From positions 1,871-65,870 of the IMG/VR virus record IMGVR_UViG_2623620549_000002: 64,000 nucleotides of DNA. One strand, given 5' to 3'. The translations under genes were made by a program, and so were the position numbers. Positions 25,712 through 35,760 of this stretch are shown in pieces. The DNA is from a virus. The notes beneath the pieces were generated by a model. That model ran no database searches. It was not told the origin of the DNA and saw only the letters and a list, made by a program, of their open reading frames with translations. Position 1 is the stretch's first letter. Each line of letters starts with the position of its first letter.

Positions 25712-27283
25712 TTAGTCGTAAGCTGGGATGTTTATTGTGAGACGTCCTTCGAAGATTGTATTTAGCGATGGATATCGATATTGCTCCATATTGTGCATGT
25801 TGGCTTCAGTAAGCGTGATTTGCACTTTGAGGAAGTCAGCCTTCGGGAATAGATAAAAAGTACTTGCTTTTGTGTTTTCAAGATCAAGAAGTACTGCCAG
25901 AACAAAATCGCATCTGGACTCCTCATCCAGTCGTATCCGCCAGCGAGGAGGGGCCTGCTTTTCGTACAGGCATCTTGCTATCGTGATCTTCAAGACAATC
26001 CGATCATCGAGCAGCAGAGTATTGCGAGATGACCCGTTTACTTGGCTGACACCCGTTTTCGAAATGAGTCCCACAATTCGTTCGTGCGTTTCTGCGCGAA
26101 CAGTTCGTACTATTTTCCGCGTGGCCACGAACTTATGTTCGTTGATAGGTGGCAGTCCAGCAAGGGCGTAGGCTTCCAGCATGGTGCCAAAGTAGTAGGC
26201 GAACATCTGTGCACCGGGAAGTGTATTGTCCTGATCAATTAGCACGGTGGTTACCTTCCCATGTTTTTCATGTAACTTGCGCAGCATTGCCAAGAGTTCT
26301 TCTTTTGGAATCGGAGCGAGGCGAAGTTTGCGCTCTTGCTGCGCTTTACGAAAAAGGGCAACCGGGATAAGGGGAGGGAAGGCACCGATCCTTTGTATCC
26401 ACATGGATGCAGGATTCTCGACGTGATACTTTCGGAGCTTGAAAGAGGCTCTGTTGTAGATGATGTTGCCAATGTACTTTTCGTTTGTAAGCACATCACG
26501 AACGCAGTCACGAGTCCAAGCGCGGCCGCATTCGCGAGGTGCCTCCATTGCATTTAACAAGAAAGCAATTTCGCTTTCACTTAGCCTTTCCAGTACGTAC
26601 CAGTCGTACACTCCTCGAAGAATCTCAAGCTCCTCATTTGGTCCAGGAACTAGTATTACGCGGTCTGTAGGATGGCTCTTCCTTTCTCCGTATTCCAGTG
26701 CCGGCTTGGCCTTGCCGTTTGCACTGATAGGTATTCGGCGCAATCCAAATCCCGCTCTGCCACCTTGCTTAAATCCCATTTCTACAAAACGGCACTGAGC
26801 TGCAAACACCTTGGTTGAAAGTTCTCTGCTGTACTCGGCGGCCATGGCGCGCTTTACGCTCTTAATTATGGACGAGACCGAAGATCCATTGTTCTCGAAG
26901 TCTTCTGCACAATAGACGATGGCGACTCCTGCGCGGCGGCATATGTATTCGTAGTAGGCGCTTTCGTCCAAGTCCTGGAACCTTCCCCAGCGGCTTATAT
27001 CATAGGCAAGTATCGACTGAAATGGTGCTACGCCACTTTGCACGTCTTCTATCAGGCTTCGTAAGCCTGGGCGAGAGGAAAAATCGAGCCCGCTCCTACC
27101 CTCGTCGGTGTATGTTTTGATAATGTCTATGCCATGGCGTTCTGCGTACTCCGAAATGCAATGAAGCTGATGTAAAACAGAATGATTTTGATTGTCTGTA
27201 GACATCCGGACGTATACCGCAGCTGTCGGCTTTGCACTTTTTTCCTTCGCCTTTGGAACGTGTATGGCTGCTTTGCGTCGCAT
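25712..27283 (-). CDS. large serine recombinase (recombinase family protein)
   Basis: YVRMST catalytic Ser, DEGRSG, YDISRWGRFQD, KRAMAAEYSRELS and a downstream recombinase domain (LTNEKYIGNIIYNR). Confidence 0.9.
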   Translation of the reverse strand: MRRKAAIHVPKAKEKSAKPTAAVYVRMSTDNQNHSVLHQLHCISEYAERHGIDIIKTYTDEGRSGLDFSSRPGLRSLIEDVQSGVAPFQSILAYDISRWGRFQDLDESAYYEYICRRAGVAIVYCAEDFENNGSSVSSIIKSVKRAMAAEYSRELSTKVFAAQCRFVEMGFKQGGRAGFGLRRIPISANGKAKPALEYGERKSHPTDRVILVPGPNEELEILRGVYDWYVLERLSESEIAFLLNAMEAPRECGRAWTRDCVRDVLTNEKYIGNIIYNRASFKLRKYHVENPASMWIQRIGAFPPLIPVALFRKAQQERKLRLAPIPKEELLAMLRKLHEKHGKVTTVLIDQDNTLPGAQMFAYYFGTMLEAYALAGLPPINEHKFVATRKIVRTVRAETHERIVGLISKTGVSQVNGSSRNTLLLDDRIVLKITIARCLYEKQAPPRWRIRLDEESRCDFVLAVLLDLENTKASTFYLFPKADFLKVQITLTEANMHNMEQYRYPSLNTIFEGRLTINIPAYD

Positions 27284-27393
27284 GCAATTCCCCTATGGAC
27301 GGTGCCAAGTGCGGCGAGCTTTTTGCACTTGCTTGATGCGGATCAACACCTGGCCCTTCACCTGTCGCATCCTACTGAAACAGGGAGGGTGCT

Positions 27394-27606
27394 ATGTTTG
27401 ATAATGCCACTGAAAAAACGTTACGACTGATTGCTGCCGGGGTGTATCTGAAACGAATACATGGCCTGGAGTTCGCGGTTCTTGTGCTGATAGATGCCGG
27501 GTTTTGTGAAGGTATCGCAAGAGCTGCCCTGCAAGAAGACCGGGCTTACTTAGGTAGGGACTTGATGTTGAAAAACTGCCTGAGTGACGGTATACATCCG
27601 GAATGA
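27394..27606 (+). CDS. small hypothetical protein
   Basis: 70 aa, GGAGG RBS. Confidence 0.45.
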   Translation: MFDNATEKTLRLIAAGVYLKRIHGLEFAVLVLIDAGFCEGIARAALQEDRAYLGRDLMLKNCLSDGIHPE

Positions 27607-27778
27607 TCTGTAACCTATTGCAGTGTCGCACGATTCGGGTAACCCTTTCCTTTTCCTCTGGCCAGCAGTCCTCGTCACTAGGTACCCAATTGCGTGGTCA
27701 TACAGTTTGGAAAGGAGTAATCTTCTGTGTAGCCATTTTTAATAATTACAAATTGCGTTCGCGCAAAGGATCTTTAAG

Positions 27779-28786
27779 ATGAAAATCGCTGTATTCAGCT
27801 CCCAACCATATGATCGCCGTTTTCTCAATGAGAAAGCAGATCAACGCGATACTCAAGATGCCGTGGAGATGCGTTTTCACACTGAGTCCTTGTCCCTGCA
27901 GTCGGTGGCTCTTGCACAAGGATGCAAGGCAATCTGCGTGTTTGTAAACGATGTGCTTGACGCCGAAGTACTGCATGCTCTTGCTCACATTGGTGTGCGC
28001 GCGATCCTGTTGCGTTGCGCAGGTTTCAATAACCTCGATATCGATGCAGCACGGCGGTTGGACTTTTTCGTCGCACGCGTGCCTGCATATTCACCGGAGG
28101 CTGTTGCTGAGCATGCACTTGCCTTAACGCTGACGCTGAATCGCCGAACTCACCGTGCCTATGCAAGGGTGCGCGAAGGCAATTTTGCGCTTGATGGCCT
28201 TTTGGGGAGCAATCTGCACGGGAAGACGGTGGGCATCATAGGAACAGGAAAAATTGGCCTGGCTACCGCAAAGATTTTTAACGGTTTCGGCTGCCGTCTG
28301 TTGGGTTTTGATCCGTTCCCATCGCCGGAGTTTGAAGCATTCGGCGAAATGGTTGAACTGTCCGAGCTTCTCTCCGAGTCGGATTTCGTCTCACTGCATT
28401 GTCCGCTCACAACCGATACCCACCACCTCATAAATGCCGATACGCTGAATCTGATGAAGGAGGGGGCTATGTTGATCAATACTTCACGTGGAGCTCTCAT
28501 TGACACACAGGCAGTGATTGACGCGTTGAAGTCGCGCCAACTAGGCTCCTTGGCCATCGATGTGTACGAACAAGAAAGCAACCTTTTCTTCGAGGACCGG
28601 TCCGGCGACATCATTACGGATGATATTTTCCAGCGCCTGATGACGTTCCCGAACGTTCTTGTTACCGGACATCAAGGTTTCTTTACCATTGAAGCTATGC
28701 GTGAGATTGCCACGACAACCTTTGATAATTTGTCCGCATATCAGCTTGGCGCCGAGTGTTCGAACCTTGTGCCAGGTACATATTGA
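27779..28786 (+). CDS. ldhA: D-lactate dehydrogenase (D-2-hydroxyacid dehydrogenase)
   Basis: LRCAGFNNLD, VPAYSPEAVAEH, GIIGTGKIG, SLHCPLT, INTSRGAL, DVYEQE, VTGHQGF. Confidence 0.93.
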   Translation: MKIAVFSSQPYDRRFLNEKADQRDTQDAVEMRFHTESLSLQSVALAQGCKAICVFVNDVLDAEVLHALAHIGVRAILLRCAGFNNLDIDAARRLDFFVARVPAYSPEAVAEHALALTLTLNRRTHRAYARVREGNFALDGLLGSNLHGKTVGIIGTGKIGLATAKIFNGFGCRLLGFDPFPSPEFEAFGEMVELSELLSESDFVSLHCPLTTDTHHLINADTLNLMKEGAMLINTSRGALIDTQAVIDALKSRQLGSLAIDVYEQESNLFFEDRSGDIITDDIFQRLMTFPNVLVTGHQGFFTIEAMREIATTTFDNLSAYQLGAECSNLVPGTY

Positions 28787-28902
28787 CGGTTCTCGTTTTC
28801 CCAAAAGTTAGCGGTGCATAGCTTGCGCCTCTGCTGATACTCTCGGCCGCCAGGCCGGTGAAATCGCATGCTACGATTGTCGAATTCTGACAGGAGTAGA
28901 GC

Positions 28903-29445
28903 ATGGGATTTGCTGAAAAGTATGTTGCGTCAATCGGATCGAGCAATTTAATGGATGACGCGCAGCACCACCAGACTGACCCGCTCGCCGCTGCGGCGCT
29001 GGCTGGTGACATCGGCGCGCTGCTGTGCCGCGTGAAGTATGCCGACGGCACGCTAAACCGCATGTTTGAGGGCAACCAGCAGAACCTGGCGCAGCTGTTG
29101 CGCATCTGGACCGCCGAAGTGATCAAGCGTGGCCGGTTCCGCCGCTGGGTGCCAGAAAATACAGCTTGGGATGCGGCAGCGGCGCAAGCGCTTTACCGGC
29201 GCGTAGCCGAGAAGTCGCTGGCGCACTGGCTGGACAGCAAGTGCAGGGGATGCAGCGGTACCGGCGTTAAGGTGCTGCTCGGGAACGGCATTTGCACGAG
29301 CTGCAAAGGAACGGGCGTATCGACAGTGTATGGCGTGGCGGGCCTAGAGCTGGAGCGCGTCAAGGATATGGTGAGCGAGCTAAGCGCCATTTACGACAGT
29401 CACTCTGGAAGGGCGGGCGGATTGTTACGCGGCAGAGACATATAG
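28903..29445 (+). CDS. Q-like antiterminator with Zn finger
   Basis: CRGCSGTG...CTSCKGTG near the C-terminus; position just before the late promoter and packaging genes. Confidence 0.65.
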   Translation: MGFAEKYVASIGSSNLMDDAQHHQTDPLAAAALAGDIGALLCRVKYADGTLNRMFEGNQQNLAQLLRIWTAEVIKRGRFRRWVPENTAWDAAAAQALYRRVAEKSLAHWLDSKCRGCSGTGVKVLLGNGICTSCKGTGVSTVYGVAGLELERVKDMVSELSAIYDSHSGRAGGLLRGRDI

Positions 29446-29468
29446 CGCGGGTTTTCTTTTGGCCTGTG

Positions 29469-29496
29469 TTTACAAACAGTATTTCTGCGGTATACT
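29469..29496 (+). promoter_or_regulatory. candidate late promoter (pR'-like)
   Basis: TTTACA, 16 bp, TATACT just after the Q-like gene. Confidence 0.5.
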
Positions 29497-29651
29497 TCAG
29501 ACCTCAGTTCAAGAAAATTCTTCCGGAAATCGTAATGTGCGCATCGCGCCACCGATAGCTGGAACTCGCGACAGTACCCATCCATGCATCGGACGTGCTC
29601 GCCCTCAATTTGACGTTCACCACGCACTTTACTCACAGGAGCAAAGTCGAC

Positions 29652-29682
29652 AGCCTGCCACCTCATGGTCGCGGGCTTTTTT
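29652..29682 (+). terminator. candidate tR'-like terminator
   Basis: AGCCTGC...GCGGGCT followed by TTTTTT. Confidence 0.55.
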
Positions 29683-29971
29683 GTGTTTCAAGCTCATTCT
29701 TAATGACTTGCCCACCGGTCACATTCAAGGATACAAGCCACTTAGTCACTAAAGAGCATGTTAGATGATGAGAGGAGGGAACTGCGAAAGTGATTTTTCT
29801 TAGGGGAATGGAAGAGTACTTGTCAGTACAGACTTCAACTGATTCACAAAAAATAGTGATATGTTTATTTAGCAATAGTAGTAAATCGTTTAGCTCGATA
29901 TCATTTGCTGGAACATATATTCTGAACCGTTTAGTAAAGCCAGCCTCAAAATTTTCCATTTCGACGACCAA
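29663..29971 (-). CDS. AT-rich antisense hypothetical protein
   Basis: 102 aa ORF in a low-GC segment. Confidence 0.45.
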   Translation of the reverse strand: MVVEMENFEAGFTKRFRIYVPANDIELNDLLLLLNKHITIFCESVEVCTDKYSSIPLRKITFAVPSSHHLTCSLVTKWLVSLNVTGGQVIKNELETQKSPRP

Positions 29972-30132
29972 AGTTAGTTAATTAACATTAACTATATTGC
30001 ACTTTTGTTTTTTCTTGCGCACTGCACAATCTTTTGCACTGTCTTCAACGAAACGTTGAAGGTTGGCGAGAAGCGAATGTGATCCCTTTGGTAGCTTCGC
30101 TCAGGCACTAGCTACTTAGGGGTATGAAAGAG

Positions 30133-30348
30133 TTAGCGTGGCTTTCGACGCATCTTAGGGTCTTGGCTCAGTACGCGCAATGCGGTCCATTTACTGACGT
30201 TGTATCTCTGTAGATATGCCTCTGCGGCTGCCGTGCCAACTTCCATTGCCATTCGAACCGCATTTTCGATGATCTCTTCAGTTTCTTTGTCCGGACGGGA
30301 GAGCGACAATGGTTTGGGCACAAATGTAGGATCGTTTGGCATGCACAT
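30133..30348 (-). CDS. small hypothetical protein
   Basis: 71 aa helical ORF. Confidence 0.5.
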   Translation of the reverse strand: MCMPNDPTFVPKPLSLSRPDKETEEIIENAVRMAMEVGTAAAEAYLQRYNVSKWTALRVLSQDPKMRRKPR

Positions 30349-30434
30349 GTATGGTGAGGTGGAAAACTAAATCATGCCGAAAGAAAATTTATCGGAATTG
30401 ATTTGCATCAATCGTTTCCTACCTGTTCAATATT

Positions 30435-30680
30435 ATGCCTAGAATGCAACACCCATCGAACAACGGCTTGCTTGGCGCACCTGCAGGCTGGGACCAGGCC
30501 GAACTGCCGTGCAACGCGCTGCCGATCACGCGCACGCATGTCGGAGACCTGCCGGCCGTGCTGTCGTACTGGCGCCCCGATGCTGGCGAACTGGCCGCGT
30601 TGAATGCCGGCGGCGCCGTCAGGCTATGGGTGGTGGGCGCAACGATGCCACCCGTGATGCTCGACCTCGAAATCGCTTGA
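30435..30680 (+). CDS. phage hypothetical protein
   Basis: SYWRPDAGELAALNAGGAVRLWVVGATMPPV, a recurrent small phage protein pattern. Confidence 0.65.
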   Translation: MPRMQHPSNNGLLGAPAGWDQAELPCNALPITRTHVGDLPAVLSYWRPDAGELAALNAGGAVRLWVVGATMPPVMLDLEIA

Positions 30681-30775
30681 GACACTACATTTAGTAGGTC
30701 ACCAGCGAAAGTGTCGAAAATTGCCGGGCTGAGACCGCCGGAATTATTACCAAACACTACATCTAGTAGGTCGGA

Positions 30776-31417
30776 ATGAAGAAAAGCCGCAGTTTCGCAG
30801 CGCCCACATCGGCGCGCCCGATGCCGCCGACCGAATTCACCGACCCGCTGAATAATCGGTACATGCCCGCGCCCGAGGTGCTGAAGTGGGCCCGCACCAC
30901 CATCCTCACCGAAGGCGGCGCGCTCTACAACGTAGACCACGCGCACCTGGAATATGCCGACATGCAGTTCCTATGGGCGCCGCAAGGTTTTGTGAAGGCT
31001 GGCCGCACGGTGCTGGGCCAGTGCGAGGAAGTGACGTTCCGCTGTGGGCCGTGGCAGAAAGGCCGCCAGCAACAGCAGATGGTCGATTGGTTCGGCGCCG
31101 TGCCGGACTTCCTGATTACCTTGGACGCTTCCTACTGCCTGACTTGCAGCGATGCCGAATTCTGCGCGTTGCTCGAGCACGAGCTTTATCACATCGCCCA
31201 GGAGATGGATGAATTCGGTGCGCCGGCCTTCAACAAGTACGGACTGCCGAAGCTGTGCATGCGCGCGCATGACGTCGAAGAGTTTGTCGGCGTTGTCCGG
31301 CGCTACGGCGCAAGCGAGGACGTGCAGCGCATCATCGACGCAGCAAAGACACCGCCAGAAGTGGCGAAAATCAACATAGCGAGGGCGTGCGGAACGTGTC
31401 TTCTAAAGGCTGCGTAG
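30776..31417 (+). CDS. putative phage metallopeptidase
   Basis: ALLEHELYHI (HExxH) and HDVEEF. Confidence 0.8.
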   Translation: MKKSRSFAAPTSARPMPPTEFTDPLNNRYMPAPEVLKWARTTILTEGGALYNVDHAHLEYADMQFLWAPQGFVKAGRTVLGQCEEVTFRCGPWQKGRQQQQMVDWFGAVPDFLITLDASYCLTCSDAEFCALLEHELYHIAQEMDEFGAPAFNKYGLPKLCMRAHDVEEFVGVVRRYGASEDVQRIIDAAKTPPEVAKINIARACGTCLLKAA

Positions 31418-31447
31418 CCTTTACGTTGCTTTACAGGAAACTAATAC

Positions 31448-31909
31448 ATGGCCGCACTCAAGGACGAGGTGAAGCTGTACGTCGTCACCGCGCTGGCCTG
31501 TTTCGACTCGCCCACGCAGGTGTCGATAGCGGTAAAAGAGGAATTCGGGCTCGATGTGAGCCGCCAACAGGTCTCCTGCTATGACCCGAACACGTACGTC
31601 GGCCGTAACCTGAGCCAGAAATGGCGGACGATCTTCGAAGAGACCCGGACGAAGTTCCGCGCCACGGCTGAGGAAATCCCGATCGCCAGCAAGGCATTCC
31701 GCTTGCGTGGCCTGGGCCGCCTGGCACAGAAGGCCGAGAACATGCGCAACTTGCCACTGGTCGCCAGTCTCTACGAGCAGGCCGCCAAGGAAGTGGGCGA
31801 CATCTACGTGAACAAGGGCAAGGCCGAGCAGGCCGACCAAGCGCCCACGCCTGTCGCAATTACCTTCGGCGTGAAAGACGCCAAGCGCCATGACGACAAT
31901 CCAGTTTGA
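31448..31909 (+). CDS. terminase small subunit (DUF2280)
   Basis: MAALKDEVKLYVVTALACFDSPTQV...YDP...IPIASKAFRLRGL...LYEQAAKEVG. Confidence 0.85.
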   Translation: MAALKDEVKLYVVTALACFDSPTQVSIAVKEEFGLDVSRQQVSCYDPNTYVGRNLSQKWRTIFEETRTKFRATAEEIPIASKAFRLRGLGRLAQKAENMRNLPLVASLYEQAAKEVGDIYVNKGKAEQADQAPTPVAITFGVKDAKRHDDNPV

Positions 31910-33176
31910 CCTGAACGTCCCGCAATCGAGCTTCCTGCAGCTGCCGCACAAGTTCAAGGCTTACGTGGCCGGGTTCGGCTCGGGCAAGACGTTTGTGGGC
32001 TGCGCCGGCATCTGCGCCCACTTTTGGCAATGGCCAGGCATCAACCAAGGCTACTTCGCGCCGACCTATCCGCAGATTCGCGACATCTTCTATCCCACGA
32101 TGGAGGAGGTGGCCTACGCGATGGGCCTGCGCATCAAGGTGAAGCAGGGCGACCACGAAGTCGAGGTGTACGAGGGCCGACGCTATCGCGGCACCGTCAT
32201 CTGCCGCTCGATGGAAAAGCCTGAAACCATCGTCGGCTTCAAGATCGGCCACGCGCTGATCGATGAGTTAGACGTGATGCCGCTGAAGAAGGCGCAGACG
32301 GCCTGGCGCAAGATCATCGCCCGTATGCGCTACAAGGTGCCGGGTCTGATGAACGGCATCGATGTGACGACGACGCCCGAGGGCTTCAAGTTCGTGTATC
32401 AGCAGTTCGTGAAGGCCATCCGGGACAAGCCAGAGCTGGCCAGCCTGTACGGCCTGATCCAGGCGAGCACGTTCGACAACGAGCTGAACCTGCCAGACGA
32501 CTATATTCCGTCGCTGATGGCCAGCTACCCGCCGGCGCTGATCGATGCTTACCTGCGCGGAAAGTTCACCAACCTGACTAGCGGCAGTGTGTACGCCGAC
32601 TTCGACCGCATGCTGAACCACACGAACGAGATCATCCTGCCCGGCGAGCCGCTGATGGTGGGCCTCGACTTCAACGTCCAGAACATGACAGCATGCGTCA
32701 ACGTGGTGCGCGACGGCCTGCCGCGCACGCTGGCCGAGCGCGTGCAAGTGCGTGACACGCCAGCCATGGCCAAGATCCTGAAGGAAGACTTCAAGGACAA
32801 AGGCCACCAGGTGAAGATTTTCCCGGATGCGTCCGGCCAGAACACCAGCAGCAAGAACGCGAGCGAGTCCGACCTGTCCATTTTGCGCCAGGCGGGCTTC
32901 ATTCTCGAAGTGAATCACTCAAACCCTGCGGTCAAGGACCGGGTCAACGCCTACAACGGCATGATCCTGAACGCCCAGGGCGAGCGTCGCTGGAAGATCA
33001 ACACTGATCAGTGCCCGACCACCACCGAGGCGCTGGAGCAGCAGGTGTGGGGTGCCGACGGCCAGCCGGACAAGAAATCCGGCCACGACCATCCGAATGA
33101 CGCGAACGGCTACTTCCTCGTGAAGCGCTACCCGATCGTGAAGAGCACGACGACCACCGCGCCGCTGCGGATGTAA
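31890..33176 (+). CDS. terminase large subunit
   Basis: AGFGSGKT Walker A, LIDE Walker B, TTPEG, GLDFN nuclease motif, DHPNDA. Confidence 0.93.
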   Translation: MTTIQFDLNVPQSSFLQLPHKFKAYVAGFGSGKTFVGCAGICAHFWQWPGINQGYFAPTYPQIRDIFYPTMEEVAYAMGLRIKVKQGDHEVEVYEGRRYRGTVICRSMEKPETIVGFKIGHALIDELDVMPLKKAQTAWRKIIARMRYKVPGLMNGIDVTTTPEGFKFVYQQFVKAIRDKPELASLYGLIQASTFDNELNLPDDYIPSLMASYPPALIDAYLRGKFTNLTSGSVYADFDRMLNHTNEIILPGEPLMVGLDFNVQNMTACVNVVRDGLPRTLAERVQVRDTPAMAKILKEDFKDKGHQVKIFPDASGQNTSSKNASESDLSILRQAGFILEVNHSNPAVKDRVNAYNGMILNAQGERRWKINTDQCPTTTEALEQQVWGADGQPDKKSGHDHPNDANGYFLVKRYPIVKSTTTTAPLRM

Positions 33177-33190
33177 CAACAAGGATTTCC

Positions 33191-34555
33191 ATGACCGATG
33201 TACGCACACAATCAGCCGAAGCCGCCAAGCTGAACGAGGATTGCGCGCTAATCGCCGCGCTGCTGGGCGGTACCAAGACCATGAGGGCGGCTGGCAAGAA
33301 GTATCTGCCGCAGTGGCCAGGCGAAGACAGCGCAAGCTACGACCTTCGTCTCGCCGTGGCTACGCTGTTTCCAGCATACGCCCGCACCATCGACGTGCTG
33401 TCGGCCAAGCCGTTCAGCAAGCCGGTGACGTTGGGCGAGGACGTGCCTGAGCGGCTCAAGCCCTGGCTGCAAAATGTCGACCTGTCCGGCCGCGACTTGC
33501 ATAGCTTCCTCTCGGAGATCACACAGGAGGCGATGGGGTACGGCTTCGCCGGCATCCTGGTCGACTTCCCCAAGGCGGGAAATCTGGTCACGAAGGCCGA
33601 CGAGCAGGCCGCTGGCGTGCGCCCGTATTTTGTTCAGGTGCACGTCCAGAACATCCTGGGTTGGCTGCCGAAGAATGCGACCAGTCTTGAAGGACTGACC
33701 CAGCTGCGGCTGCTGGAGAGCGTGTCCGAGCCGAATGGTGACTTCGATACCAAGGAAATTGAGCAGGTGCGCGTCTTGGGGCGGGGCTCCTGGCAGACCT
33801 GGCGCCAGCGCGAGGCCGGCAGCAAGAAGGAATGGGCGCTGTTTGAGGAAGGCGTCACCACACTGGAGACAATCCCCTTCGTGCCCGTCTACGGCAAGCG
33901 CCTGGGCTACATGCAGGCCACGCCACCGCTGCTCGAGCTGGCGCACAGCAACGTCGAGCACTGGCAGAGCAAGAGCGACCAGCAGAATATCCTGCACGTC
34001 GCGCGCGTGCCGATCCTGTTTGCCAAGATGCTGGGCGAGGGCGGCATCACGGTCGGCGCCGGCAGCGCGGTCAAGTCGGAATCGCCAGAGGGCGACCTGA
34101 AGTTCGTGGAGCACGGCGGCAAGGCCATCGAGGCCGGCCGCCTGTCCATCCTCGACCTGGAAGACCGTATGCGCCAGGCCGGCGCCGAGCTGCTGGTGAT
34201 CAAGCCGGGCAACGTGACCGAATCGCAGACCCTGGCCGACAACGAGCAGGGCGCATGCGCGCTGCAGAAGATCGCGGGCAACGTCGAAGACGCAGGCGAC
34301 CAGGCCCTGCAGTTCATGGCTGAATGGGTGAGGGAGGCCGAAGGCGGCCATATCACCATTTTCAAGGACTTCGGCGCAGCGTCGCTGGCCGAGGCAAGTG
34401 CCGAGTTGCTATTCAAGAGCGTGGCGAATAACCGAATTTCCGGCGAAACCTACTTCAACGAGTTGCAGCGCCGCGGCATCGTGTCGCCAGACTTGAAGTG
34501 GGAGGATGAGCAGGAGCGCATCCAGTCGGCTCCGCCTGACTTGGAAGGGACATAG
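33191..34555 (+). CDS. portal protein (DUF4055)
   Basis: Follows TerL; YLPQWPGED...Y..RL; PPLLELAHSNVEHWQSKSDQ. Confidence 0.88.
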   Translation: MTDVRTQSAEAAKLNEDCALIAALLGGTKTMRAAGKKYLPQWPGEDSASYDLRLAVATLFPAYARTIDVLSAKPFSKPVTLGEDVPERLKPWLQNVDLSGRDLHSFLSEITQEAMGYGFAGILVDFPKAGNLVTKADEQAAGVRPYFVQVHVQNILGWLPKNATSLEGLTQLRLLESVSEPNGDFDTKEIEQVRVLGRGSWQTWRQREAGSKKEWALFEEGVTTLETIPFVPVYGKRLGYMQATPPLLELAHSNVEHWQSKSDQQNILHVARVPILFAKMLGEGGITVGAGSAVKSESPEGDLKFVEHGGKAIEAGRLSILDLEDRMRQAGAELLVIKPGNVTESQTLADNEQGACALQKIAGNVEDAGDQALQFMAEWVREAEGGHITIFKDFGAASLAEASAELLFKSVANNRISGETYFNELQRRGIVSPDLKWEDEQERIQSAPPDLEGT

Positions 34556-35641
34556 ATGGGCGCGCTCGAAGAGTGGATTGCAGAGATGTTCCTCGTGCAC
34601 TCCTTGAACCTGCTGCGCTTTTCATCCGGCACGCAGGAGAAGATCCTGCTGCTGATGGCTGCCATGTCGAAGGAATTGACGGCCAAGCTGAACGAAGGCG
34701 AGATATCGACCTACGGCAAGCAGCGCCTGGGTGCACTGCTGCGCGAGTCGAACGCGGTGATTTCATCGCACTACACCGGCATGCAGGCCGAAATGACCCG
34801 CAACCTGGCTGGCATGGTGCGCATCGAGGCCGATTACACGGCCAAGGTGCTGACTCAGGCCTTGAAGATCGAGCTGGGCGCCAAGCTGCCGCCGGCCACC
34901 TATCTCGAAAAACTGGTCGGCGACACGCTGATCAAGGGCGCGCCGTCGGCCGACTGGTGGAAGCGCCAGGCGCTCGACACACAATTCCGCTTCGCCAGCC
35001 AGGTGCGGCTCGGCGCCGCGCAAGGCGAAACGACGTCGCAGATAGTTGCGCGCGTTGTCGGCACCAGTTCCAAGGCCCTCGGCGGCGATGCGGAGGCGAT
35101 GCCTGGCATCCTGAAGACGTCCGAAGCGAATGCGCGCGCGCTGGTGCACAGTTCGGTACAGGCTGTGGCCAATGCTGCGCGCCTGGCGTCTTTCCAGCAG
35201 AACGGCGACCTGATCGAGTGCCTGGTGTGGCTCAGCACGCTCGATTCGCATACCTGCCTGCTGTGTGCGATGCGAGACCTGCACGAGTACTCGCTGGACG
35301 GGCAAGAACCGATCAATCATACGCACGAGTGGGCGGGCGGGCCGGGCGCCATCCATTTCAGTTGCCGCTGCGTGCTCAGTACTCGCACGAAGTCATTTAA
35401 AGACCTGGGCATCGATTTGGACGAGCCGGGCGACAGCACGCGGCCCAGCGACGGCGGGGCGGTCAGTAGCAAGATGAACTTCAAGGACTTCCTGGCCAGC
35501 AAGGACAAGGCCTGGCGTGCTGAATACCTGGGCCCGGGCCGTGCCGAGATGTACGAGGCGGGCAAGATTACGCTGAATGATCTGATGAACCTGAAGGGGC
35601 GTAAGTTGACGCTGGAGGAACTGCAGGCAAGATATAAGTGA
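34556..35641 (+). CDS. minor head morphogenesis protein (Mu F/SPP1 gp7-like)
   Basis: WLSTLDSHTCLLCAMRD...HFSCRC. Confidence 0.85.
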   Translation: MGALEEWIAEMFLVHSLNLLRFSSGTQEKILLLMAAMSKELTAKLNEGEISTYGKQRLGALLRESNAVISSHYTGMQAEMTRNLAGMVRIEADYTAKVLTQALKIELGAKLPPATYLEKLVGDTLIKGAPSADWWKRQALDTQFRFASQVRLGAAQGETTSQIVARVVGTSSKALGGDAEAMPGILKTSEANARALVHSSVQAVANAARLASFQQNGDLIECLVWLSTLDSHTCLLCAMRDLHEYSLDGQEPINHTHEWAGGPGAIHFSCRCVLSTRTKSFKDLGIDLDEPGDSTRPSDGGAVSSKMNFKDFLASKDKAWRAEYLGPGRAEMYEAGKITLNDLMNLKGRKLTLEELQARYK

Positions 35642-35760
35642 TTTCGTGCCAGTGATTATTCGCAAGCACCCCATAGAGTAAGGGACTTAGCTTTTCACGG
35701 TTATTTCACACATTATTAGGATAGAATAAACAATTCTTTGCAAAAATTTCAGGATCGAAC

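Noticed and set aside
18800-28900. att or target-site direct repeats bounding the cargo block
   Set aside because: No convincing shared sequence found at the two junctions by inspection
27394-30348. Possible paralogy of the small proteins at 27394..27606 and 30133..30348
   Set aside because: Similar size and helical pattern only; I cannot align them convincingly by eye
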